Assembly: GCA_024234325.1 (NCBI GenBank) | Contig: JACKOJ010000008.1 | Span: forward strand, 35,618-99,617 | Direction: 5' to 3' | Source of the DNA: Pseudomonadales bacterium | Lineage (GTDB): Bacteria; Pseudomonadota; Gammaproteobacteria; Pseudomonadales; Pseudohongiellaceae | DNA length: 64,000 nt | Shown here: piece by piece, positions 24,928 to 35,833 of the stretch | How positions within the stretch are numbered: the stretch's first letter is position 1 | How the letters are laid out: every line of letters starts with the position of its first letter | Notes under the pieces: generated by a model | The model's input: only the letters and a program-made list of their open reading frames with translations | Told to the model about the DNA's origin: nothing | Databases searched by the model: none | Made by a program: the position numbers and the translations under genes

Positions 24928-26817
24928 TCAGCCGGTGCCCAGTACGACTTCGACAGGCAGGGGAGCCAGCAGGTCCTGCGCGAGCGCCTGCTGGGAGGCA
25001 GTTTTCAGGGTGACATGCATCAGCAGGCCCTTCTGTTTGTCCTGCTGTCCTGTCACCGTCGCTTCAATGCCCTTGTCCTGCAGCAGTTCTCTCAGCACCA
25101 TTTCCGTAATGCGCAGTCGCAACGCGGGCCGGTAAATCTTGCCAACTGCCGTCAGGGGCATCGCGTCGATGAACTCGATCCGCTTGGGAGTCGCCGCCCG
25201 TTCCGTGATGTGGGTTTCCGCAAACCTGTGCAGTTCGTCCACGCTGCAGCTCTGGCCCGGGCGCAGCACGACAAAGGCCATGGGCAGCTCGCCGGCATAG
25301 GCGTCCGGCATACCGATCGCGATGCAGGAAGCCACTGCCGGATGGGCGCTCAGGCACTCCTCGATGATGGCCGGATCAATGTTGTGCCCGCCGCGAATGA
25401 TCAGATCCTTGGCGCGACCCGACAGGTACAGGAAGCCCTGCTCGTCGAGGTAGCCCAGGTCTCCCGTGTTGAACCAGTCACCCTCTACCCACGCGGTTGC
25501 GTTGTCGCTGGCGGCCTTGTAGCCGCAGAACACCTGCGGACCCCGCACCAGAATCACGCCGCTCTCATTCAGTCCGCATTCCTTGCTGACCTCACCGTCG
25601 TGGAGGTGCACGACGCGCACCCGGGAGTAGGGGAGGCGAATGCCAACGCTGCCCGGGGGCTGGTAGCTGGGAGCGCGGGCGATCAGGGCGGTGGTCTCGG
25701 TCATGCCGTAGCCGTTGGAGACCGCGACGTCGAAAGTGGTCTCGAAGCGCTGCTCGAAGCTCGGTGACAGCGGGGCCGCGCCGGAGTTGATGGCTTTCAG
25801 CGAGCTGATGTCGGCATCGCCCACCGGAATCTGTGACAGCGCCATCAGCACGGTCGGCACCGTTGAGAAACCCCGTATGCGAAAACGCTCGATGTGGTAC
25901 CAGAAGTTCTTCATGCCCTCCTGGGAACGGAACCCGGCCGGCGTCAGCAGCACAATGCGGTAGCCAATGGCGAAGGCGGCAATGCCCTGAATGATGACCC
26001 CGTAAATATGAAACAGGGGCAGGCCACACAGAATGGTATGCCGGGGCAGATGCGCGGTATACACACGCATCAGTTGCCCAAGAAAGGCCATGTTGCCGTG
26101 GGTCAGTTGGGCGATCTTGGGATGTCCGGTCGTGCCTCCCGTGTGGAAACAGGCCGCGATCTGATCGCCCCTGAACTGGCGTCCACTGAGAAGCGCCTGC
26201 GCGGGCTGCCCGGCAATCGCCTCGTCGTAGTTCAGCACGCGGATATCGGGCCGGGTCGGCAGCACTGCCTCTCCACTCGTGAAATGGGGCTGGGTTACCA
26301 CCAGAACGGTGTGCACCCGCGCCAGTCGTGGCAGGGCGCTCTGCAGTTTCTGCCACAGGTCGGAGTGGGCGGACGGCCCGAGGCATACCACCAGCTCGGA
26401 CTCCGCGGCCTCGATGATGTCGGCGATATGCTCCGCCTCCAGCAGGGGGTTGATCGGATTGACGATCCCGGCAGCCTGCGTCCCCCAGATCACCGGATGA
26501 CTCTGCGGCAGTGTGGGCAGCAGTACCGAGACCGTGGTCGCCGGGTTGACGCCGAGGGTGTGCAGCAGGTTGGCGGTCTGCGTGATCCGGTCTGCCAGCT
26601 CCTGAAAGCTGATGCTCTGGGGGGCTTCATTGCGTTGCCCGGTCAGCAGAAACTCAATCGCGGTGTCGTCGCCGAACAGCGCAGCGCTCTGCTGGAACAG
26701 GTCGTAGGAATTGGTGTGCGGGAACTGTTGCGCCAGGGGCGTCTGTTCGAAGGCTTCGACATCGGCCAGGCTTTCGAGTACGGGTGCCTCCACGGGTGCG
26801 TTGCGTAGATCGGTCAC
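24928..26817 (-). CDS. AMP-forming acyl-CoA synthetase/ligase
   Basis: AMP-binding motifs FHTGGTTGHPK, GYGMTE and TGDLGYLDEQGFLYLSGRAKDLIIRGGHNI. A GTG start at 26817 is preferred (GGGGGA about 10 nt upstream); the track start at 26886 is possible. Confidence 0.85.
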   Translation of the reverse strand: MTDLRNAPVEAPVLESLADVEAFEQTPLAQQFPHTNSYDLFQQSAALFGDDTAIEFLLTGQRNEAPQSISFQELADRITQTANLLHTLGVNPATTVSVLLPTLPQSHPVIWGTQAAGIVNPINPLLEAEHIADIIEAAESELVVCLGPSAHSDLWQKLQSALPRLARVHTVLVVTQPHFTSGEAVLPTRPDIRVLNYDEAIAGQPAQALLSGRQFRGDQIAACFHTGGTTGHPKIAQLTHGNMAFLGQLMRVYTAHLPRHTILCGLPLFHIYGVIIQGIAAFAIGYRIVLLTPAGFRSQEGMKNFWYHIERFRIRGFSTVPTVLMALSQIPVGDADISSLKAINSGAAPLSPSFEQRFETTFDVAVSNGYGMTETTALIARAPSYQPPGSVGIRLPYSRVRVVHLHDGEVSKECGLNESGVILVRGPQVFCGYKAASDNATAWVEGDWFNTGDLGYLDEQGFLYLSGRAKDLIIRGGHNIDPAIIEECLSAHPAVASCIAIGMPDAYAGELPMAFVVLRPGQSCSVDELHRFAETHITERAATPKRIEFIDAMPLTAVGKIYRPALRLRITEMVLRELLQDKGIEATVTGQQDKQKGLLMHVTLKTASQQALAQDLLAPLPVEVVLGTG

Positions 26818-27064
26818 GGTGCTGCGTTCCCCCTTTTTCGGATGGTCGGTGCGGTGTCGTCGGCTGCACTCCCTGCGTCCGCGCACTGCTGCTTATATCA
26901 CCTCATCCGGGCTTCCGCCAGTCCCCGCCAAGGCTGGCTATCTGTGCTGCGATGGCGCAGAATGAGCCGCATGCCGATGAACCAGGCAAGCCGGTCCTCC
27001 GGTCTAAGATCAGGTCAAACCTGACGCTATTGATGTTTACCAAGCTACCGAATGGAGTTTTATT

Positions 27065-27496
27065 ATGGCAAAGAGTTTATTCAAGGTGCTGGGAGTCAGC
27101 GCCCTGTTGCTGGGTTCCACTGTGCTGCATGCCCAGCAGCCTGAGAAATCACCGTCGCCCAGCGGCGCACAGGCCTATATCGTGACACCGGTGAACGGTG
27201 CGACGGTTCCCACCACGTTCACGGTGGTTTTCGGTCTTAAGGGCATGGGCGTCGCCCCGGCAGGTGTTCAGGCCAATAACACGGGCCACCACCACCTCCT
27301 GGTGGATGGCATGCAGGTGCCTGACATGAACAACCCCCTGGGCACTGCAGTGACGCATTTCGGTGGTGGCCAGACGGAAACCACCCTGACCCTGACACCG
27401 GGGCAGCACACGCTGCAACTGATCCTCGGTGATTACCTGCACATTCCCCACAACCCGCCCGTGGTATCCGACAAGATCACGATCACTGTTCAGTAA
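27065..27496 (+). CDS. Small exported protein, DUF4399-like
   Basis: Signal peptide. GHHHLLVDG motif as I remember it for that family. 143 aa. Confidence 0.65.
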   Translation: MAKSLFKVLGVSALLLGSTVLHAQQPEKSPSPSGAQAYIVTPVNGATVPTTFTVVFGLKGMGVAPAGVQANNTGHHHLLVDGMQVPDMNNPLGTAVTHFGGGQTETTLTLTPGQHTLQLILGDYLHIPHNPPVVSDKITITVQ

Positions 27497-27499
27497 GTT

Positions 27500-28516
27500 G
27501 TGACCGGTCTTACCCTCAGTGTGCTCGACCAGTCGCCGATCCGCAGTGGTGGATCGGCGGCTCAGGCCCTGTCCGAGACAGTGGCCCTGGCCGGGTACAC
27601 CGAGGCCCTGGGCTATCATCGCTACTGGGTCGCCGAGCACCATGGCTCGGACAGCTTCGCAGGCTGTGCTCCGGAAGTCCTTCTGGCCAGAATCGGGGCA
27701 AGTACCCGTCATATCCGCATTGGCTCCGGTGGCGTCATGCTCACCCATTACAGCCCCTTCAAGGTCGCTGAGAACTTTCTCCTGCTGCAGACCCTGTATC
27801 CGGACCGGGTGGATCTTGGTGTGGGGCGGGCGCCTGGCAGCGACGGCCTGACGGCTCAGGCCCTGGCCTACGGTTCGCCAATCGGCGTCGAATACTTTCG
27901 CAGCAAACTGGCAGACCTGATGGCCTTCGCTCGTGGCAGGGCGCCGCTGACGCAGGCGTTTGGCAGAGTCAGGGCGACGCCTCGTGCAGCAGTGCCGCCC
28001 GAATTCTGGCTGCTGGGTTCCAGTGAACAGAGCGCCATCTGGGCGGGCGAACTGGGCATGCGCTACTCTGTGGCGCATTTTCTCAATCCCCGCCACAGCC
28101 ACGACCTGGCGCAGTTGTACCGCGAACACTTCGTCCCCTCCGAGCTGCTGGCAGAGCCACAGATCAATGTAGGGGTGTTTGTTCTGTGTGCACCGACGAC
28201 GGGCGAGGCCGAGGATCTGGCCCTGACCCGTGACATCTGGCGTCTGGGGCTGGAGCGGGGCGAACCGGGGCCGATTCCGTCGGTGGACGAGGCAAAGGCC
28301 TACCCGCTGACGGAACCCGAGCGGGAGCTGATTCAGCAGCGGCGTCGTCATGCCATCTGCGGTACGCCGACCCAGGTCGGGGAAACCCTGCGGGCGCTGG
28401 CAGCCCGGCACGGTACGCAGGAACTGGTCGTCATTTCCAATTGCCACGATTTCGCCGTGCGGCGACGCTCCTATGCCTTGCTGGCGCAGGAGTTCGGTCT
28501 GCAGTCCAGAGAGTGA
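27500..28516 (+). CDS. Luciferase-like (LLM class) flavin-dependent oxidoreductase
   Basis: 338 aa. N-terminal LSVLDQSPI...GYHRYWVAEHH is typical. The GTG start is 3 nt after the previous stop. Confidence 0.85.
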   Translation: MTGLTLSVLDQSPIRSGGSAAQALSETVALAGYTEALGYHRYWVAEHHGSDSFAGCAPEVLLARIGASTRHIRIGSGGVMLTHYSPFKVAENFLLLQTLYPDRVDLGVGRAPGSDGLTAQALAYGSPIGVEYFRSKLADLMAFARGRAPLTQAFGRVRATPRAAVPPEFWLLGSSEQSAIWAGELGMRYSVAHFLNPRHSHDLAQLYREHFVPSELLAEPQINVGVFVLCAPTTGEAEDLALTRDIWRLGLERGEPGPIPSVDEAKAYPLTEPERELIQQRRRHAICGTPTQVGETLRALAARHGTQELVVISNCHDFAVRRRSYALLAQEFGLQSRE

Positions 28517-28520
28517 AGGT

Positions 28521-29510
28521 TCAGGTGCTGCGCTGCACCGAGAAGCGTGCCATGTCTTCCAGCGCGCGTCGGTAGGGGGAATCGTTGAGGGTGGCGAGCA
28601 GGGCCAGGGCCTTGTCGGCCTCGGCATTGGCCAGTTGTCGCGTGTACTCCAGACTGCCGCTGCCCTGAATAATCGCAATGACGTCCTTCAGCAATTGCGG
28701 GTCCAGCGTGTTCTTGCCATCCTTCGCCGCGCCTTCGATGCAGCGCTTGATGAGAGCGGCGTCCTCGGCGGAACCGTTGCGCATGGCGTGAATCAGCGGC
28801 AGGGTAGGCTTGCCTTCGGCGAGGTCGTCGCCGATGTTCTTGCCCATCGCCGATGCGTCGCCTTCGTAATCAAGCACGTCGTCGATCAACTGGAAAGCCA
28901 GGCCGATATGCATGCCGATATCGCCCAGTGCCTTCTGCTGTTCGGCGGGCGCCTTGGCCAGAATCGCGCCACAGGCTGCAGCGGCCTGGAACAGAATGGC
29001 GGTCTTGTGGCGGATCACCGCCATATAGCTTTCCTGGGTGGCGGCGCTGTTGTTCTTGTTGATCAGTTGCAGCACCTCGCCCTCGGCGATGCGGTTGGTG
29101 GTGTCGGCGATGATGCGCATGATGTCCATGCTGCCGATGGACACCAGCACCTGGAAGGCGCGGGAATAGATGAAATCGCCCACCAGTACGCTGGAAGGGT
29201 TGCTCCACTGCTCATTGGCGGTGGGGCGCCCGCGGCGCATGGAAGACATGTCCACCACGTCGTCGTGCAGCAGGGTGGCGGTGTGGATGAATTCGATCAC
29301 GGCGGCCAGGTCGATGTGCTGACTGCCTTCGTAGCCGCAACTGCGGGCACTGAGCAGCACCAGTACCGGGCGCATGCGCTTGCCACCTGCATCAATGATG
29401 TAGTGGCCAATGCTCTCGACCAGCGCTACATCGGAGTACAGTTGATCAACAATGAACTGATTGACGGCGTCGAAGTCAGTCGCAACGACTGCGCGGATAT
29501 CTTTGTACAT
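28521..29510 (-). CDS. ispB: Octaprenyl-diphosphate synthase
   Basis: Two Asp-rich motifs, LLHDDVVD and FQLIDDVLD. Divergent from rplU, as in E. coli and Pseudomonas. Confidence 0.9.
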   Translation of the reverse strand: MYKDIRAVVATDFDAVNQFIVDQLYSDVALVESIGHYIIDAGGKRMRPVLVLLSARSCGYEGSQHIDLAAVIEFIHTATLLHDDVVDMSSMRRGRPTANEQWSNPSSVLVGDFIYSRAFQVLVSIGSMDIMRIIADTTNRIAEGEVLQLINKNNSAATQESYMAVIRHKTAILFQAAAACGAILAKAPAEQQKALGDIGMHIGLAFQLIDDVLDYEGDASAMGKNIGDDLAEGKPTLPLIHAMRNGSAEDAALIKRCIEGAAKDGKNTLDPQLLKDVIAIIQGSGSLEYTRQLANAEADKALALLATLNDSPYRRALEDMARFSVQRST

Positions 29511-29835
29511 GGGCTACCGTGAGCGATCCTGCTGTATTGGACGGCTGTGTTTTATGGAGTTATCAGCTTCATTCAGTGCCTTGCTCAGGATGCGGGTTGG
29601 CCAATGAGAAGCCAACAAGTAGTGTGCCCGCTTTCTGCTGAAACCACTACTCACTCCCCAAAAGACCGGGAAATAGCGACATGTTCAGGACGTGCAAGGT
29701 AAAATCGAGCCTGCATGCTAGGGGTGAAGCCTGTGCCTGTCAAGACAGCCACTCCGTTGTTCGGCTGGTGCCAGGCTGCCAGAATGCATCCCTGCAGAAG
29801 GTCTGGAAAAGCATGAGATTTTCACCGATTTAGGC

Positions 29836-29864
29836 TTGCCTGCGTCGGCCTCTTCCCGTAAAAT
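29836..29864 (+). promoter_or_regulatory. Sigma70-type promoter for rplU-rpmA
   Basis: TTGCCT, 17-nt spacer, TAAAAT, followed by a GC-rich discriminator (GCCCGCCC). About 70 nt upstream of rplU. Confidence 0.5.
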
Positions 29865-29934
29865 GCCCGCCCCTATAGGTACTGCTGGGCAGTGCCACAA
29901 AGAATTTGAACTTATACCCATTCGGGAGTGAGAT

Positions 29935-30246
29935 ATGTACGCGGTAATCGAAAGTGGTGGCAAGCAACACCGAGTTGTAGAGGGCGAAGTCCTCAAGCTC
30001 GAAAAGCTGGAAGCTGCCACAGGTGAAGAAGTCAGCTTTGACAAGGTGCTCATGGTTGGTGAGGGCGAATCCGTCAAGATTGGCGCACCTTATGTGGAAG
30101 GCAGCAAAGTGACTGCAGAAGTGGTATCTCAGGGCCGTGCCAAGAAGGTCACCATCCTGAAATTCCGTCGCCGCAAGCACCACATGAAACACCAGGGCCA
30201 CAGACAGTGGTACACAGAAGTCAAGATCACAGGAATTTCAGCCTAA
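29935..30246 (+). CDS. rplU: 50S ribosomal protein L21
   Basis: [14 protein letters not shown]... 103 aa. Confidence 0.95.
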   Translation: MYAVIESGGKQHRVVEGEVLKLEKLEAATGEEVSFDKVLMVGEGESVKIGAPYVEGSKVTAEVVSQGRAKKVTILKFRRRKHHMKHQGHRQWYTEVKITGISA

Positions 30247-30277
30247 GCCGCGGCTTTGGACTGGCAGGAGATAACAC

Positions 30278-30535
30278 ATGGCTCATAAAAAAGCAGGTGG
30301 TAGTACCAGTAACGGTCGCGAGTCGCATTCCAAACGACTGGGTGTGAAGCGTTTCGGCGGTGAGAACGTTCTCGCCGGCAACATCATCGTGCGTCAGCGC
30401 GGTACCCATTTCCACCCCGGTGAAAACGTCGGTCTGGGCAAGGATCACACGATCTTCGCGACTGCCAACGGCACCGTGAAGTTTGAAGTAAAAGGCCCGC
30501 AGCGCAGAAAATACATCAGTATTGTCACTGCCTGA
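30278..30535 (+). CDS. rpmA: 50S ribosomal protein L27
   Basis: [24 protein letters not shown]... 85 aa. Confidence 0.95.
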   Translation: MAHKKAGGSTSNGRESHSKRLGVKRFGGENVLAGNIIVRQRGTHFHPGENVGLGKDHTIFATANGTVKFEVKGPQRRKYISIVTA

Positions 30536-30591
30536 TATCGGTGTCCTGATTTCATTCCGCTGCGGCCAGCCGATAGTGGAATGACAGAAGA

Positions 30592-31856
<1,265 letters not shown>

Positions 31857-31883
31857 CAGATCCCAAAGGCTGGATAACGGACG

Positions 31884-33002
31884 ATGCGCAAGAATTTGCT
31901 GAAGACACGCTGCTGGGTCATCAAGATTGGCAGTTCCCTGATTACCAATAACGGCCTGGGGCTGGATCAGGAAGCCATTGCGGCCTGGGTGCAGCAACTG
32001 GTGACTCTGCAGCAGCAGGGCATTCAGGTGGTGCTGGTGTCGTCCGGTGCGGTGGCAGAGGGCGTTGCCCGCCTGGGCCTCAAGAAGCGTCCCAAGGAGA
32101 TTCATCTGCAGCAGGCGGCAGCAGCCGTCGGCCAGATGGGCCTGATCCAGACCTACGAAAGCTTTTTCACGCGCTACGGCGTGCATACCGCACAGATCCT
32201 GCTGACGCACGACGACCTCTCCAACCGCACCCGCTACCTGAATGCCCGCAGCACCCTGACCACGCTGGTGGCCATGAAGGTGATTCCGGTAATCAACGAG
32301 AACGACACGGTGGCAACTGCCGAACTGTGCTTTGGCGACAACGACACCCTGGGCGCCCTGGTCGCGAATCTGGTAAACGCCGACGCGCTGGTGATTCTCA
32401 CCGACCAGAAGGGGCTGCACAGCAGCGACCCGCGCAAGGATCCGACGGCGCCCGTTATTACTACCGCCATGGCAGGCGATCCCAGCCTCACGGCGATGGC
32501 GGGCAGCAGCAACAATGTGGGGCGCGGCGGCATGGTCACCAAGGTGTCGGCAGCCAAGCTGGCAGCCCGCTCCGGCGCCTGCACGCTGATCGCCAATGGG
32601 CGTGAGATGGATGTGCTGATCCGCCTGGCGGCAGGGGAAGAGATCGGTACGCTACTGCTGCCGGAAAAGCAGCCGGTGGCGGCGCGCAAGCAGTGGCTGG
32701 CGGGTCAGCTCAAGCCCAAGGGGCGTTTGCTGCTGGATGCCGGTGCCGTAAAGGTTCTGCAGCATTCCGGTCGCAGCCTGCTGCCGGTGGGCGTCATCGG
32801 CTGTGAGGGCCGCTTCGATCGTGGTGACGTGGTGACCTGCGTGGACGAACAGGGCAATGAGATCGCCCGGGGGCTGGTGAATTACGACAGCCAGGAAGTC
32901 AGCCGCCTGCTGCGCACTGCCAGCGATCGTATCGAGGAACTGCTGGGCTATGCCGGGGAAGAGGAAGTGGTGCACCGCGACAATCTGGTGCTGCTGGAAT
33001 AG
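31884..33002 (+). CDS. proB: Glutamate 5-kinase
   Basis: [10 protein letters not shown]..., VSSGAVA, and a C-terminal PUA domain. 372 aa. Confidence 0.95.
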   Translation: MRKNLLKTRCWVIKIGSSLITNNGLGLDQEAIAAWVQQLVTLQQQGIQVVLVSSGAVAEGVARLGLKKRPKEIHLQQAAAAVGQMGLIQTYESFFTRYGVHTAQILLTHDDLSNRTRYLNARSTLTTLVAMKVIPVINENDTVATAELCFGDNDTLGALVANLVNADALVILTDQKGLHSSDPRKDPTAPVITTAMAGDPSLTAMAGSSNNVGRGGMVTKVSAAKLAARSGACTLIANGREMDVLIRLAAGEEIGTLLLPEKQPVAARKQWLAGQLKPKGRLLLDAGAVKVLQHSGRSLLPVGVIGCEGRFDRGDVVTCVDEQGNEIARGLVNYDSQEVSRLLRTASDRIEELLGYAGEEEVVHRDNLVLLE

Positions 33003-33060
33003 CGCCTGGAAACCCTGGCATTCATTTAATGAAGAGTGCAGAGACTTTTCTGCAGGCATG

Positions 33061-33086
33061 AAAAAACCGGCATCAGCCGGTTTTTT
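33061..33086. terminator. Bidirectional terminator between proB and rpsT
   Basis: AAAAAACCGGC-ATCA-GCCGGTTTTTT. Confidence 0.75.
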
Positions 33087-33124
33087 CACATTCAGAGTGC
33101 CTGAAAAGGCCTGATCAGATTGTA

Positions 33125-33394
33125 TCAGGCAGCTTTCAGAGCCAGAACGGCAGCATTCAGACGGCTCTTGTGGCGAGCGGCCTTGTTCTTGTGAATGATG
33201 CCCTTGTCGGCCATTCTGTCGATGACAGGAACGGCAGCCTGGTAAGCCGTGGACGCTGTGTCGTAGTCGCCTGTCTGGATTGCCGCAATGACTTTCTTCA
33301 GGTAAGTACGAACCATTGAGCGAAAGCTTGCGTTGTGACGACGACGTACTTCCCCCTGACGGGCGCGCTTTCGAGCTTGTGCAGAGTTAGCCAA
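33125..33394 (-). CDS. rpsT: 30S ribosomal protein S20
   Basis: [13 protein letters not shown]... 89 aa. Confidence 0.95.
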   Translation of the reverse strand: MANSAQARKRARQGEVRRRHNASFRSMVRTYLKKVIAAIQTGDYDTASTAYQAAVPVIDRMADKGIIHKNKAARHKSRLNAAVLALKAA

Positions 33395-33550
33395 CTGGTG
33401 CTCCTTTGTTGCAAATGCAATGCTTGATGAATACGGTTCACGGGATGTCTGCGGCTCCCGGATTGTTTGAGGGGGGAGGCATCAGACCTGGCGAGGCAAT
33501 GCCCCGGCAGCCGAATTTAAGACGCGGTACTATGCCGATTTAAAGTGGTG

Positions 33551-33578
33551 TTGTCAAGGCCGGGTTCGGCACTATAAT
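33551..33578 (+). promoter_or_regulatory. Sigma70-type promoter upstream of fabV
   Basis: TTGTCA, 16-nt spacer, TATAAT. About 85 nt upstream of the ATG at 33664. Confidence 0.45.
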
Positions 33579-33663
33579 GGCCGCCTTCCACAGGGTGTCC
33601 GTTGTACAGGCCGATGTGCTGGCAGCGGGCAAGCCTCAGATTTTACTGGAGAAAGGACGTTTT

Positions 33664-34848
33664 ATGATTATCAAGCCAAAAGTACGCGGGTTCATTTGTA
33701 TCAACGCACACCCCCAGGGCTGTGCCGCCAATGTGGCAGAGCAGATTGCGTACACGCAGGCCAAGGGGCCTGTTGCAGGCGGACCCAAGAACGTTCTGGT
33801 TCTGGGTTGTTCCACGGGCTACGGTCTCGCCTCCCGCATTACAGCGGCCTTTGGCGGCGGCGCCAGGACCCTGGGTGTCTGCTTCGAGAAGCCACCCACG
33901 GAAACCAAGACGGCCTCTGCCGGTTACTACAACACTGCCGCGTTTCACGCCGAAGCCGAGGCAGCGGGCCTGTATGCCCATACCATCAATGGGGATGCCT
34001 TCTCCCAGGCCTGCAAGGAGCAGGTGGTGGAGAGAATCCGCGAAGACATGGGCAAGGTGGATCTGGTGGTCTACAGCCTGGCGGCGCCCCGTCGTACCGA
34101 CCCGGTGAGCGGTGAGGTGTATTCCTCCGTGCTCAAGCCCATCGGCAAGGCCTATACCGCCAAGAACCTGAACACCGACACGCTCAAGATTGCCGATGTC
34201 ACCATCGAGCCCGCGAGCGACGAGGAAATTGCGGCCACCGTGAAGGTGATGGGGGGCGAGGACTGGGAACTGTGGATGAAGGCACTGGCGGACGCGGACG
34301 TGCTGGCGGATGCCTGCCAGACCGTCGCCTATACCTATCTGGGCGACAAGCTGACCTGGCCGATCTACGGCCATGCGACCATCGGCAAGGCGAAGGAAGA
34401 CCTGGATCGTGCCTCACGCGTCATTCAGTCCGAGCTGAAGCTGGTTCAGGGCGATGCCCGCGTGGCGGTCTTGAAGGCGCTGGTCACGCAGGCCAGCTCC
34501 GCGATTCCGGTCATGCCGCTGTATCTGTCCATTCTCATTCGCGTGATGACGGAAGAAGGCAGCGAAGAGGGCTGCATCGAGCAGATTCAGCGTCTGTTTA
34601 CCGAGTGTCTGTACAACGATGAGCCACGTCTGGACGACAAGGGGCGCTTCCGCGTGGACGATCGTGAACTCAACCCCGCCGTCCAGGCACGGGTGGAGGA
34701 GCTCTGGGACCAGGTCACCGAAGAGAACCTGTTCGAGCTGACCGCGTTCAAGACCTATCAGTCAGAATTCCTCAAGCTGTTCGGTTTTGGTATTGACGGC
34801 GTGGACTACGACGCCGAAACCTCTCCGCTGGTCAGCCACAACTTCTGA
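33664..34848 (+). CDS. fabV: Trans-2-enoyl-ACP/CoA reductase (NADH), FabV type
   Basis: Canonical N-terminus [20 protein letters not shown]. About 394 aa. The track start at 33577 would run through the promoter. Confidence 0.9.
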   Translation: MIIKPKVRGFICINAHPQGCAANVAEQIAYTQAKGPVAGGPKNVLVLGCSTGYGLASRITAAFGGGARTLGVCFEKPPTETKTASAGYYNTAAFHAEAEAAGLYAHTINGDAFSQACKEQVVERIREDMGKVDLVVYSLAAPRRTDPVSGEVYSSVLKPIGKAYTAKNLNTDTLKIADVTIEPASDEEIAATVKVMGGEDWELWMKALADADVLADACQTVAYTYLGDKLTWPIYGHATIGKAKEDLDRASRVIQSELKLVQGDARVAVLKALVTQASSAIPVMPLYLSILIRVMTEEGSEEGCIEQIQRLFTECLYNDEPRLDDKGRFRVDDRELNPAVQARVEELWDQVTEENLFELTAFKTYQSEFLKLFGFGIDGVDYDAETSPLVSHNF

Positions 34849-34851
34849 ACC

Positions 34852-34873
34852 CTGCCGGACGACTGTCCGGCAG
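34852..34873. terminator. Hairpin between convergent fabV and the hydrolase gene
   Basis: CTGCCGGAC-GACT-GTCCGGCAG, a perfect 9-bp stem. Confidence 0.55.
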
Positions 34874-34894
34874 CGCGATATCCGCTGCGCCGCC

Positions 34895-35581
34895 TCAGGG
34901 CGCGCGCAGCCGGGTGTTCAACCACGGGTCGAGCGTTTCCCACTCCATCTGGAACATGTGCGGAGACATGAACACCAGGCCCGCATCCACTTCCGCTCCT
35001 GCTTCTTTCAGCGCTGTCTCCGTTTCCGGCAGACGGGCAAACCAGCTCATCTCGTCCTGGTCACCAATGCGCAGATAGATCGGCATGCCCTTGAGAGCCC
35101 CCACGTTCATGCCACGGGGCACAATGGCGGGCACGGCCATCACGCCGCGATAGCGTTCGGGATTGGCCGAGGCGATCTCCAGTGCCGACATGCCGCCGTT
35201 GGAAATCCCTGCCAGCAGTGTGCGCCCGCGACGAATGCGCGTGCCGTCCTGCAGGGCGTCGATCAGCAGCGGAATGAGGGCGTTGTTGTCGCCGCGAAAG
35301 GAGCGTTGATTGGGGGACACCGGAATGGCCACGGCCCAGCCGCGTTGCCGCATTTCCTCGCCAAGCCAGTAGTACAGATCACGTGCCAGCGCTTCTTCGC
35401 CGGAGCCGCCGGGCATCAGAATCACCAGATCGTTTGGCTGCGTGCTGGTGTCTTCGGGAAGCAGCAGGTAAACGCCCAGCGTTGCGCCGTTGGCCAGCGC
35501 GACCTCCATGCGTTGTGCAAACGCACCAGTGCTCAACACAGACAGAAGCAGCACGACAAACGGGCGGTAAAGCAATCTCAT
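34895..35581 (-). CDS. Exported alpha/beta hydrolase (esterase/dienelactone-hydrolase-like)
   Basis: Signal peptide and nucleophile elbow GISNGG. 228 aa. Confidence 0.75.
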   Translation of the reverse strand: MRLLYRPFVVLLLSVLSTGAFAQRMEVALANGATLGVYLLLPEDTSTQPNDLVILMPGGSGEEALARDLYYWLGEEMRQRGWAVAIPVSPNQRSFRGDNNALIPLLIDALQDGTRIRRGRTLLAGISNGGMSALEIASANPERYRGVMAVPAIVPRGMNVGALKGMPIYLRIGDQDEMSWFARLPETETALKEAGAEVDAGLVFMSPHMFQMEWETLDPWLNTRLRAP

Positions 35582-35715
35582 GCGGGAACTCCTTGGGAAA
35601 GTCCTGGTTTGAATTCGGACATCGCCTCGCTACACAGAAACGCGCCAAAACAGTGCAGTACTCTACCTCGAAACCGCCTGTTTTAGCGAGAAAAGACGTT
35701 CTCAAATTCCAAGGA

Positions 35716-35746
35716 TTTGCAAGAGCTTGCAAACAAAATATATAGT
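35716..35746 (+). promoter_or_regulatory. Candidate promoter with an overlapping 7-2-7 inverted repeat upstream of the GH17-GT2 gene
   Basis: TTGCAAG-AG-CTTGCAA is a perfect inverted repeat. The first TTGCAA can serve as a -35 with TATATA or TATAGT 16-18 nt downstream. Confidence 0.35.
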
Positions 35747-35833
35747 GGAGGCGCTCTATTGACCGACACCCGGCGCGTCACTACCATGCGCGCCGTTTGC
35801 CCCCTCACAAGCTTTGCAGGTGCCGTGTTGCCT

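Noticed and set aside
27149-28678. 509-aa minus-strand ORF spanning DUF4399, the LLM oxidoreductase and part of ispB
   Set aside because: Shadow ORF. It crosses three well-supported genes on both strands and has an Arg/Pro/Gly-rich composition with no recognisable domain.
28350-29522. 390-aa plus-strand ORF opposite ispB
   Set aside because: Shadow ORF. ispB on the minus strand carries both DDxxD motifs, and this frame has none.
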